Positions 51,901 to 64,000 of a DNA stretch of 64,000 bases are shown one piece after another. Below the pieces are notes generated by a model. That model made no database searches. It saw only the letters and a list, made by a program, of their open reading frames with translations, and had not been told where the DNA came from. The position numbers and the translations under genes are program-made. The stretch is from Ginglymostoma cirratum. Taxonomy: Eukaryota. Each line of letters opens with the position of its first letter. Positions within the stretch are counted from its first letter, which is position 1. The DNA lies in the NCBI GenBank assembly GCA_024137785.1, contig JAHRHZ010000222.1, positions 30,036,838-30,100,837 of the forward strand, given 5' to 3'.

Positions 51901-54900
51901 GTTTAGAATCCATTTGAAACAAAAACAGCATTTTTTATGTTGATTTCCTTTTATTAATTACAAGTAGACTGCACTATGTAAAGTATTTCCAAGTATCTTT
52001 CAGTTTCATCCTTACTTGAAACACGCTCTTCATTTGAATTAGTAAATGCCTTGATTTTAGTGTGCTGAAAGAATCTAGTACGTAAAGAAATACAGCACAT
52101 TTAGAAGTGATTCAGCTTCCCCAAACAACAGATTCTCACTTCAGTTGTAAATGACTAAAATAAAATAATTGATCATGAGAAATGGGTATCCGAATTTTTC
52201 CCTAAAGGAATAAAATGTAAAGAATCAAGGAACTGTAAAGAATTACAGTACATTAACAATCAAGTCTCCAGTAAATTATCAACATTGCCTCATTTAAATA
52301 ATTGTTGACCGGTCATTCTGAACAAAATAGCAAAATAATTTATAAGAAGTGATCAATAAGGTTATATCAGATGCTGTTCTTGAATTCAGCAACACAACAC
52401 GTTGTACATTATGGTTAAGGAAATGCTATGTAAGAATAAGAGATGATTTTGATCAATTAATTTCCCAATAACTAAATATTGATCATATTCAATTACTTCA
52501 TAAATCTAATTATTGCACTGCTCTTTTATTTGTCTTGTGTTTAATAACAATGTTAATTTTTTCAGTGGTTTAAACCATTTATTTCTGTTGGATTTCATTT
52601 TCATCAGCTGTAATGTTTATCTTTAATTGTTGAGTACAATTAACTTTTAAAATGCATTTATATTTTGAAGCAGCAAAATCCTATTGTAGTAGCGTAAGTT
52701 ATGGAATGTACGAAGTGGTCATGTTGGTTTTCAGAAAAGATCTTCAAATAGCATTCTAAAATCAGTGATAAGGTGTATTTGAAGATGGTGTTCTTCTAAT
52801 CGTAACATGTTGGTGTTGGTGGCTAATTTTTCACGATATCAGAATACTGAGTAATGCTGGGTGTGCCTGAATTTTTCAAGCTCGAAAATTAAATTTTTGG
52901 TGAGATTTAAGTTAATAGGTAAGCAATTGAATTATTAACATAAACTCAGAATACAGATATTTATGCAGGTAATACCATCTGAACCTCTTGAATGTCTTAG
53001 TGCCTAATCACTACCCCTTAGTGAGCTTTGACTGTACTTCTGATGGAACCAGCTTCCAACTTCCGAGTTCAATTAATGCAAGTGAAAGCTACCAATGAGG
53101 GATCATATGCATGAACAAACAATACAATCTGCTGTGTCTCTGTGAAATAGCCAAGAGAATATTACTTTTTCAAATATGTTTATAATGGCACCATACCCAA
53201 AAAAAAAGTAACTGGCTCAAGCAACATAAGGAATTGGATAGCTCCTTCCTTTTTCCCCAAAAGGTTGTAAAAGTATTGACAAAAGTCCAAAAACCTCAGG
53301 GTGAACTTGTTTGCCAGTGTGCAATATACCCCACACACAAACTTTATCAAAGAATGGTAATGTTAGTTGATAATGTACTTGTACATTTAATGTGCTCCAA
53401 ATTCCTCTCTGCCCGACTTAAAATGTTGATAAAAATGACACGTTGTCAAAGCTTTTCACAAGAAATGCCAAAGTCAAGGGAAACCAACACTTGTACTGAA
53501 TGAGAGGAGAGTACTGAATGATCAGTAATGTTTTGGTATTTCTTGCGAATGGCCCTGATAAGTGGAAAGCAAAAATCTTTGGCAAAATGTGTATGTTTCA
53601 GCAATTCTCAATTCCTATACTACCAAATGACTTTTGTATGATATATTTTGGGAAAATAACAAGGAATTTGACATTGTTTGTTAAACTTTTACGTGCTGAA
53701 ATGAACAACAGTAATGCCTGTAAAAGTAAATACTGCAAGACCAAACACTTAAGCCAGAATTTTGCATATAGCCAGTTCACGTCAAAAACTGTGGAGGAGC
53801 AGCCATGATTTTCTGACATGCTTCAACAGGATAAAATGTCCAGGACTAGGGAGAATTCGCCTCATGAATTCAATTATATTTCAGTAATCTTTAAACAATA
53901 TTTCTCACAATCTTCATATACTGCTAATAATAGGATCCAAAATAAACTAAGCATAAAGTAAGTATTTAGAAGGTAAGTTTTGAAATTATGTGTGTAATAC
54001 AATATGTAATATATACATTTTATGACGTGTTTACAAAAGCTTTTCTTTCAGGTTCATTTAAAAAAAATTCATTTATAGTTCTTGTCTATTTACTGGCCTC
54101 ATTAGGAAGGAGATCTCGATTTTCTTGACTTTCCAAATGAATTGCCAGATTCAAAGAGAGAAAATGGAACATAAATTTAACACTAATGAAAATGTCAATT
54201 AGAAGCACAGTCCATCAATGGTACAGCTGAGATGGTCAAATCTGCTTCAATCCACAGTACCTTTATTATATTACTGAACCAGTAATATTTGGATGTTACC
54301 GTTCAAATGTCAATGCTGTATTGACCCTGAGTGGTGTGATGTTGATTGACCCATTAGCTCCTCTGCTTAGCTTGGTCTCCTATTGTAGACAAAACTTCCC
54401 TGCTCTGTTTATGATATTAGAGTATAATTGCGAGGATGGGATGATTAAAGACACATATTAATTTGATAAATAGTATTGTAGAATGAAAACAATGTAAGGC
54501 ATAGAGGGAATTCTCATGGAATTATTAAACATATATATTCTGGCAAAGGAGATCAGTTTTAATCTAAAGTATTGAGAAAGGAGTATGTCTTTCATGCCTA
54601 ACATTGAGTCTATAGCAGACATATTAAACTGCTAAAGATGGTGTGATATGTTGCTTTTCAATGTCTTACATATTATGAACAATAGCTAAAATGTGCTGGC
54701 TTTGTGTAAGGAACACAGAGTGTTATTGGTATTCACTTTGTGAAGGGCGCTTACTGTGATCTTCGGTCACAACATGATAAATATCAACCAATATATTGCT
54801 TTGTGGCTACCAGATGTTGGCTGCTATCTTGATGCTTTAAAATGCATTACAATGGGGAAAAGGTCACACTTTCTGGTGTCAGCTGTAAAAAGTATGTATA

Positions 54901-56932
54901 CAAAATAATACAGGCCTGATTTTATATCATTCGCAGTGGGACTAAACTACACTTACAGACATACAGTGGTGCATTTACAGCAGAGTAAGTGTTGAAAACA
55001 TGTATTGTAATGGTTCTAGAAAAAATACGCTTGGCCAATTTAAAGGGGTGATATACGAACAAATACTGTGCCTTTTGCTGTAATCAGCGTGAGTAGGGAG
55101 ATATTTTATGCACATAAAGCTTTGTATCTGTCAGTAACTGTGCTAATAAGACAATGAATTCCCCCACTAAAATGAACATGGTGACTTCTCCCTAAAAAGG
55201 AGTGCGAGTCCTTGAAGACACCCACACAAATGCTCTATTAAACCATTAATCATTTCAGGATGATACAATGATATTGGGCTCCTAAATTAGCAATGCAGCC
55301 ACTCCTCTCCTTGGAAATGAAATCTTCCTGTTGTTATTTGATCTAAATATTCAAACGATTTCATGCAAAATACACAAAATACATAAATATTTTAAAAAAT
55401 TGAAATTCAAATATTTTGTTGCCAAAATCACACCAAAATACCATAATTTTAGCACCTAACATTTTCAAACACATTGGAGATCACTCAAATGAATTTTTGT
55501 AATGTGATACCCGTGCATTTGGAATTGGTTGTCTCTAATGGCACTGATCATTTGGCCTCAGCCAGACTGCTACCCACAATGATAGTCCTCTGATAGTTTC
55601 TTCTAAAAGATCCAAGAAATCAGCCTTTGCTGATTGGGTCGAGTTTTCCCTGATCAAATTTCCATTGTACCCAATATGAAGATGTATGATTGTCTCTTCC
55701 GGGAGATGATTGCCTCTGTGCATAGCGGGCTAGATACTACTGCTGTTCCGAGTTTCTATGTTTCTATACCTGCCTCATCAGCATGGGCCAGAAGGTGTTT
55801 GAGAGAAAACTACATACCTGTATGATGGACCTATTCTCCAACATGGGGTTTTGGGAGGGATTCTGCAATTGGACCCAGCTGTTCTACAAAAATATTTCAA
55901 TCAAAGACTGGTGATCAAAAAGCTTTCAAATCAAATCTGGAGTCTGACACCACCACCTCTCTCTCCCCTTTTTGATCATGTGTTGTATCAAAACTTTCGT
56001 GGAGTCCATTAGAAAGAATATGAACATAAGTAGGCAGACAATTTTAGGCACCAGGCATGCTCAGGTGAAAGATTCCCTGTACATAGATGGTCACTGACTT
56101 CGAATTGTGTTTGTTATCAGCGTGTGCATTGATGAACATCAGTGACTGGTTCAAAGTGGGAGCACTAATAAGTAAAAGGTAATGTAGTCATGATAAAAAA
56201 ATGTTTCCTCCCCATTGTTAGAACAACATGGTCAGCAGATGCAAATCATTTTTACTCTCACTGTATGTGGCACGGGTGTGATCCATGCTGTACCTCAATC
56301 CTGTGCCACAGCAAATATTTGGGTTATATTCCACTTTATCCAGAGATTGAAAATAACTGTGTCTACAGGGATACAGTCTACACATTTCTGGACAAAATGG
56401 GAAACACCACTGTGTTCATGATGGCCACCTTTATGTGTAAACATTGCAATCTGTTCATTGACCTTCAATACATAAACACCAAGTGTCATTTTGAGCCGAG
56501 GTTCAACCTGTTCCCAGTGTAGAAAATATTCAATCTGGCCATATCGCCATACGCTATTATCGGTTGAACTCTGCTGTATAACCTGTCCCTTGTTTATTGA
56601 TAAAAACACTTTGACCATATTCCTGATAAGCAGTGGTCCACACTGTTACAAACATGGTGAAAATGGACAACCAATATTCAACTTTCATCATTTGACTTTA
56701 GTATCTGAGATTTTTATGAGTTGAAAATGCTTTCCAAAAGGACACCACAAACCTAAAATGGCTGCGGCAGTGAAATGACAAGCTCAGGCAACCAACATGA
56801 TATATACAAAACTGGCTCCCTTGAACTTACATTTTGATCGAGGGACACTGAAAATCAGTGTAGCATCAAGAAATCTGCACCTCTTACCTTGCCAACATTT
56901 TCATGATAACTTTTAAGCGTTAAGAGACAATA

Positions 56933-57059
56933 CGTGAAGAAGGGTCCAGACCCGAAACGTCAGCTTTCCTGCTCCTCTGATGCTGCCTGGCCTGCTGTGT
57001 TCATCCAGCTCCATACTTGGTTATCTCAGACTCCAGCATCGGCAGTTCATACTATCTCT
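56933..57059 (+). mobile_element. Penelope pLTR fragment with a near-intact hammerhead core
   Basis: gtgaaga-agggtccagaccc-gaaa-cgtc, followed by a pLTR body similar to 29745-29809 and 39550-39646. Confidence 0.8.
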
Positions 57060-57276
57060 AAGTGACTACAACTATCCAGTTTGGTATAAAAGGAAGACAT
57101 AGACACCAGAATCGCAAATGAATGGTATGTCAAATGCAGCCTTCAAACAAAAACAAAGTGAAAGCAATGTGGACTTATAACAGCAAGGACTCTGGAAGCT
57201 CTTCTCACCCTCTCTTTCTCTCTCTCTCTCTCTCAATATATCTCAGCATTGGTTGAAAAACAACTTAAAAAAAATG

Positions 57277-57400
57277 AGACTAGACCTGAAATATTAATTA
57301 TGCTTTCTCTCTACAGATGCTGCCAGACCTGCTAAGATTTTTCAGTAATTTCTGTTTTTGTTTCCAGTGTCTAGCATCTGCAGTTATTTAGTTGCTATAT
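57277..57400 (+). mobile_element. Old Penelope pLTR fragment
   Basis: acagatgctgccagacctgctaagatttttcagtaatttctgtttttgtttc, similar to 44040-44110. Confidence 0.7.
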
Positions 57401-58137
57401 TTAGAAAAGTCATTGCTCACTGCGAACTCAAGATCTGCAAATATCACTATGCTAAGCAAATAGGTCAGCAGTCTTTCTTGTTTTACTCACACGTCATGAA
57501 CACTGTATGTATTAAGAGTTGAAAGATTGCCTACAACTATTAAGATTGAAATGAAACAGACACCACAGTATGTCATTAGCAGCCTTTAAGCAAAAAAAAG
57601 AGACAAAGCAACATAGACTGATAAGAGCAGGGATACTGGAAGCTCCTCTGTCTCTCTCTCTCTCTCTCTCAATCACATAAACCAGTGCTGGTGAAAAAGA
57701 ACTTAGAAAAATCAATGGTCACTGAGAACTTAATGGTCTATAAGCATTGACAGTGCTAAAATAGGAAAACAGCTACAGTTGGTCTCAAATTTTTTTCACT
57801 TTAGTTACCCAAGCCACTTTTTAAGATCTCTAACTATATTTGCCTTTACTTTTCTGTCACTACTACACATTCCTCCCCTCTTCTTTGGAAACTGTTATTC
57901 TATTTGTTTGTGTTTGATGTTGCGTTATTTGTTGAAGGTAGTATGTAATAAATCTGCACTTGCCTTCACTCAAATATGCCTTGGGATTGGTTCTTGTACA
58001 GCTTTGATCTGGTTAATTAAATTTAATTGAAGAGTAATGGATGCATGCTAAAAAGTAAAAATAAAAATAAGTTACAACTAACCGAGAGTAAAAAACAAGA
58101 GCGGAAACTTGACCCCATCTCTCCTAGTCGTAACACA

Positions 58138-58770
58138 GATAACATCCTTGAGGATCTACAGGAAAGGAGATGGTGGAATTTGTAAGTAGTTCCCTGAGCA
58201 GACCATCAAGTCATTTGGCAGAAAGCCTCATTGCCCAAACTTTCCCATGAGCACCAAGATGTAGCTTGGCTAGTGGTGAGAAGAGCCCTTCTCTTTGGAT
58301 CCTTCCTAAATATCAGGAGCCTCACACCCTCCACATTCTGGCCTCAAATTTGCTGAGTTTGGGAAGAGACCTTTCTCCACCTACTTATGGACTCTGTCCT
58401 TATGAAGCAGATATGGAAGAAGATGCAATGGTTCTTGTCAAAATGCATCCCAAGCAGGTCTGTAATGCAGGATTTTGTGATTCTGAACTATCCCAAGTAC
58501 AAACATGGAGGTAAGCATCAACTGCTGACAAGGACTAGTGAAAACAGTTGTCCACTACTGTATGTTCAAAGTTGCACTTTCCTAGGTCCAGAACTACATG
58601 CCTAGCAATACATTGGTGTTGTCTAAGGCCCTTCATTGGTCCATGCGCAAGATCCACATGGAGAGATTGAAAACTGTGAAGAAAGATGTTGGGTTATATG
58701 TCTGACTTTGAATGAATATTATAAATATTGACTTATGACTATAGTGTGTAACATACATTATTGGAAGAAA
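58138..58770 (+). mobile_element. Tx1 (L1-Tx1 clade) LINE ORF2 C-terminal fossil and 3' UTR
   Basis: Across frames it reads NILEDLQE...PEQTIK..WQKASLPKLSHEHQDVAWLVVRRAL...HLLMD..QIWKKMQWFLSKCIPSRSVMQD, typical of the Tx1 zinc-knuckle region. Confidence 0.7.
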
Positions 58771-59442
58771 CCGACTAGTTTTACACTTTATGCTATGTCA
58801 ACTTTGAACAATCATATAACATACCTTCATACATTTTATAAGATTCTACTTTTTTGGAAAATGGTCCAGTATATTGACCTTATTTCTGAAGTCTGCACAG
58901 TAATTGTCTATTTAACAACACATTATCTTCTGGATTGGTTGGTTTACCCTGATTTAAGCAGTAGGTAAAGTTTAGATTTCTTTCAGTGATTTGGTCAAAT
59001 GAGCAAATTTTGCTGTGTACAACTAAGCGTGAATCCTTAATTCTCACCTGATTTAAAATTTTGTGAGTGTGTATGTTTAAATGGGTCTTTCTTGCCATTT
59101 TGCCACTGAATATTTTGAAAATAAATACTTGCAATATCCAACTCTCATTAGCTTTAACCATTGTTAGGCCAGTTCTCATCAGCAGTGTCCTAGAAAGGAT
59201 TAGGTTTCTACTGGATCTTCCAAGGTTAAACAACTCATTGACTACTCTAAAACTGCCTCAACTGAGCTAATATTGTGATCTTCTGTCAATCTTTTCACTA
59301 ATGTTCTATAAATAGCTCGTATCTTAAAATATAACCAATTAATGCACTTGTCTTTCTGATTTATATGCTTTTCTGGTGAATCCATAGGTATGTGCAAGTA
59401 CTGAGGGACACAGAACATTAGTTCATTCGTTCGAAAGATCAT

Positions 59443-59565
59443 GGGGCTTAGTCAGTTAGCTCAGGTGGCTTGATGGCTATATAACCATTTGTCTCTCTCT
59501 TCTCTCTCATTCTTCAGAGCAAAATGCCTCTGGTCCCTTGTGGATTATGGCTAATTAACTTACTT
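59443..59565 (+). mobile_element. Internally deleted tRNA-derived SINE related to 41953-42165
   Basis: The head gttagctcaggtggcttgatggct is joined directly to a CT tract and a tail ggtcccttgtggattatggctaattaacttactt. Confidence 0.5.
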
Positions 59566-62329
59566 CAGAAGATCGGAGACGAAGTATAATTAACCAAGGT
59601 TTAGGGTGAAACCTGCAGAAAATATCAGTTGCATTAAATTTTAATACTACTGTATTGAGAAAACCATGAGTGGAACAAAGGTTAACAATGCATGGAAGAG
59701 TTATTAGGGCAATTCTGACAAGAGAATCAGCCCAGAATGGCAATAAGCCAGATGAATTGGTGATAACAATGAGGACTTTAAGAAATTCTTACTGATAATC
59801 AGTGATGTAAATTCTGAAATACTGCTCAATATCAAAGGATGAATTTTCGCTCCTGATTAAATTTCTTGCAAATCCAACTGAAGAAAAAGTGCTCCAGGTC
59901 ATTGGACTTTCATCGCAGAGAACAGGTGTTAACTAGAGTTGGGCTCAATGTCTCCAGAAGGACGTCCAAGGCAGGCACAGACGCTGATGGGTGTGCAGGC
60001 TACCTGTTTAAAAAGAGCTGCCCTGGAGCTTTGAAACTTCATCCCAAAAGATAACCATCCAGCCCTCATGCTCCCTCACCTGCACACACATTCTCTATAT
60101 CTAATCCATGCCAACCCATACCCACCTCATGCCCTCAAAACCTGCATGACAATCTTTGCCCATCCACTCACACGTCATGGTACAGTATGGTCCCTACTCA
60201 ACATAGAAGTGACCCATGCAAACTGTGCTCTCCCATCCACCACTCTTTTCCCTTGCAACCCCAGTGCCATCTCACTCAATATCTAATATGGCAAACTTCA
60301 GAACCCATGAATGATGAAATAGGATAAAGAACCAAGCATCTATTCATTAATTTACTCCCATTGATAAAATGCATTGACAATATACAACTTCCTTCAACTC
60401 CTTAACTGCCTTGTAAAAGCGAGAATTTCTATTCGTAATGCCACTTCAAAAACTTTTTGAGCACTTGGAGCTGTGAATCAAACTGTGAATTGGCAGGCCC
60501 CAACTGTGATAATACGTTGTAGAATCAGTCATGCAGCAGATATTCTTCAATGATATTCCACAGGCTTTTGTTAAGAAGTGAAATAGCAAGTATTGTTTTT
60601 TTTCTTTAAAATGCAGCGTTTTTTTTCTAAATTGAAGGTTGGGTAGTTTAAACTACTTGACAGCTTGACAGTTGCCCTGACCATTCCTTGGATAGTATGG
60701 TGATTCCCTTCACATCCTGAAATACTCCTTGACCGTTTTGCAATTCCAATGAGCTTGACAATTCAAGTGAGTTTACAGACATTCATATCTACAGTTCACA
60801 AGTCCAAAAAGCACTTGGCGGTCCTAACCTCTTCCAAAGGTAGATCTTTATTTGTCCATAAAGGATACACTATCTCTCCAAGAAGTTACCCTAATTGTCC
60901 AGAGAACTCTGGCTAGTTTAGACCTTTACCTGATTTTCTCGACAGATTTTGTTTTAGACATCTTATCAGTAAAACATGGATTTAATTGAAGACAGCAATG
61001 CTTTAACAGTGTGTATGCCTCTGTTGGCTAAGGATGTGCTTACCACAACCTACTCCTGTTCCCCCTTACTTTCCAGAAAAAAGTGGCAAGTGGATTCATG
61101 GTTGGTAATTCTGGTCTTGGGGCTGAGGCACCACTTTGGCTAAGGCAGAGATCCTCTCTACCTTTATGAAAATTCAGGATATACAATTTACTTTTATCAG
61201 CACAATAGAATTGCTGATGCATCTCAGTGTTTCTGTTGACATCAGTTCAGTGAAAGTGTCTGCTGTTTTGTTTCCTTCTTAGTAAGGAGACAACAGAAGA
61301 ATGAATGTGATTTTACAGGTCAGAGCCCACTGTGAGAATGAAACAAGGGACAAGAAATTATTTATTTTCAGATAAAAGGCTGTTTTCTAATGTGCATTTT
61401 TAAGAACTGCTAGAACAGCATTTTGCACTGAAGGTTTCAGGTGCCGACAGGCTACCAGGCTATATCATTTTGTGTTTTGAGTATATATGGGCTGCTATCC
61501 ATAGAACTGGGGCACTTTTCTTTAGCCTCACTTTTTAATGACAACATTAAAATCAGTTAAGGGGCTCTTGGTAGGTCACAAGTCATTCTGGCATTGCACT
61601 AACATTGTAGCCATAACTTCAATCTTAGATAAAGCACCCATAGCTGCATCAAGTTACAGTTCCTTTAAACACACATTCACCTTGAATTTCTCATTAGATC
61701 TGTGGTTGCTGCACTGAATAATTTTCTACCACTATCCTCCTTTTGTCTCTTAACTCATTCCTTCAGTGTGAGAAGAAACACTGGTCACCTATTTATGACC
61801 TTGATTAAAATTCAAGTTTGAAAAGGTCCAGTTTTGCTTTATCATCTATATCTTTCCTAAATTGAAATCATGTGAAAACGCAAATGCTCCAACACTTGAA
61901 AAACAATGGTTATCCATGCATGGTAATTAAACCTTATATGCAGAAGTTTTGTACTGATGAATCTAACAGTTAAGTAATTAATTGTTAAATTTGCTCCTAA
62001 AAGGACGCAAATGCAGCGCAAAGTCAGTTTTCAGCTCTCAGAGGATACAAATTACTCCACAGTTAGGTTGTGCTGTCCAATTAGTGTTCTCATGTAAATT
62101 ATAGATCTATACATACTAATTGGCTGTAAATCATGCACATTTTTATGCTACATAATTTCCTCTGTGAGAAGTGGTGAAAATCATGGAGCCAGAAGATACA
62201 ATTGAGAGGTAATTTTTGTTTTGTATAAACTTGGTTCTTATTTAGAAAGTGCCGTAAGATGCATTTTATTTTTAAATGGTATCATCTGTTTTAGTTCTTC
62301 CAAATCAGTAATGTTAAGGGGACCTTTGG

Positions 62330-62800
62330 AACAAGTGTCTAAGGGAAATAATTCAGTGGGGGAATGTTTGTGTGACTGCTTCTGCAGCGCAGGATGGAAG
62401 TGATCCAATGCTGAAACAATTTCCGTTTGAGCCTTATTACTATACTGTTGGCAAATTTCCATGCATTTGGAGTAGCTTGGCAATTGGAGTGGGCTGTTAA
62501 TCCAGCATATCTACCATGAAGCACAGGCAGATCAGCTAAATTGGAATGTGAAAGGGAAATGTTCAGGATACTATCATCTCCTATGATCTTCAGTTCATCC
62601 AAACCTATGCTGCCCACAACAAGTCTTGCTCATGGATGACTTACATTAGCTCCCTGACCTCTAATTCCTCCAATTTAAAATGTTCATTATATTATTCATT
62701 GACATTGATGCCCCTATCACTTTACATGCAGTCAGTCCTACAATAAGGAAGTCTACAACTGTGCAGGGCGTTGATGAAACAACATCTACAATACTGTGTC
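62330..62800 (-). mobile_element. Possible ancient CR1/L2-group ORF1 fossil (zinc finger/leucine zipper plus SGNH esterase)
   Basis: In order on the minus strand: CRCC.., KLEELEVREL*VIHEQDLL, KIIGDDSILNI (GDS motif), ICLCF, KLLQMHGNLPTV***GSNGN (GxND-like). Confidence 0.4.
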
Positions 62801-62879
62801 CAGTTTCGATCACATTATTCAAGAAAGGTAATGCAGGTAAAATTCACTGGGTTGATTCTTGGGATGAGATAGATGGCCT

Positions 62880-63290
62880 CTTAAGGAAGGACTGATCACG
62901 TGGATACTTAGATCTGATTGGAGTTTAGAAGAACAAGAGGTGATCTTATTGAAGCACGTAAGATTTGAAAGGAGCTTGGCAGAGTAGATGCTGAAAGGAT
63001 ATTTCCCCTCATGGGGGCATCTACAACAATGGGTATGATTTCAAAATAAAAGGTCCCATTTTGGACAGACCTAAGAAGGATTTTCTTCTCTCATTGTGTC
63101 GCTAGTGTGCACTGTGCAGTGGAGGCTGGGTCAATAAATATACTCAAGGCTGAGTTAAACAAGTTTTTAATTGACAAGGGAGTCAAGGGTTATGAAGGGA
63201 AGACAGTAAAGTGGAATTAAAGCCATAACAGATCATTGACTGGCAGAGTAGGCTTGAGGAGCTGAAAGGCTCCTACCTCTTATGTTGTTA
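62880..63290 (+). mobile_element. CR1 3' end
   Basis: LEFRRTRGDLIEARKI...NILKAELNKFLIDKGVKGY followed by a 3' UTR. Confidence 0.85.
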
Positions 63291-64000
63291 CACTCCTCTG
63301 TTCTTCCAATTATATTCTAGTATGAATTCCCTGTATTTGACCAAATATTGGCATTTGGACTTAATCCCACTGACTCCATTCTACTTTCTGATTTTAAAAC
63401 TCTTTAATATCCTCTTCTCTGATGAAGCTTTCAGTCCATCCTCCGAATACTTTCCTTTCAGGCCCTGCATCCCCCCATTTCTGACTACACCTTGATGAAC
63501 TCAGGGATGATTTTCCATACTGAAAGTTATTGTTATTTTGGTTTTCTATGACGCTAGTCCAGTTTAAGGACCCAGTACTTCTCTCATATTTGATTGCTGA
63601 TAGAGTCTTTAATACAGTGCCAATCGCAGGACTGAGGAATTCATACAGTATCGTAATCGAGCAGCACAAACGATAAATGCCAGAAAACTAATAAGTCAGA
63701 AAAACAGCAAAGCAAATGAATATTATTTTTGTCTGATGCAACGTAGCAACAATTGGATGGATATTAGCTTGGAAAAGAGGAGGAAATGACCAGAGCAGGA
63801 GGGTGGCCAGGAGACTGGATTGGCAAGTTAGCTGTTTGCTGGGAGGGAAAGCCAGATACATACAGCTGCAGCTGAGCTGACCTGAGTCCAGGTAGCAGTT
63901 CCAAGAGATTGTAGATTCAGATGGATTTTTTTGGGTGGAGGGTTGTTGATGGTTGGGGGTCAGCAGATGGTGGTCAAGATATTTTGGTTATGAGATGGGA

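Noticed and set aside
55818-55883. Possible 66-nt minus-strand exon (tttgtag...cag/gtatgt)
   Set aside because: The peptides are unrecognisable, no partner exons were found, and it overlaps a suspected LINE ORF1 fossil.
63394-63669. 91-aa minus-strand ORF in unique-looking DNA
   Set aside because: No recognisable domain or splice context; the length is compatible with chance.

Overview
About 64 kb of AT-rich, CpG-depleted vertebrate DNA with two assembly gaps (1953-2084 and 39150-39549). The repeat complement looks like a cartilaginous fish, probably a shark; this is inferred from recalled repeat families. I found no host protein-coding exon I could recognise. The ORFs are decayed transposon fragments, repeat artefacts or chance frames, so the window is probably intronic or intergenic. 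It contains CR1 fragments and several copies of a CR1/Jockey-group LINE, one with a tRNA-like 5' head. It also contains RTE, L2 and Tx1 fossils, several PIF/Harbinger fossils (transposase and Myb/SANT), a solo LTR and tRNA-derived SINEs. At least nine Penelope-derived pLTR or hairpin insertions are present; several carry minimal hammerhead-ribozyme cores and 12-17 bp target-site duplications. There is also a composite element (YY1 head, VNTR, LINE-like tail) and several repeat-free, motif-rich blocks that look like conserved developmental enhancers. No previously undescribed system can be proven from sequence alone. The best leads are the hammerhead hairpin family, the SVA-like VNTR composite and the SINE-headed LINE lacking ORF1.
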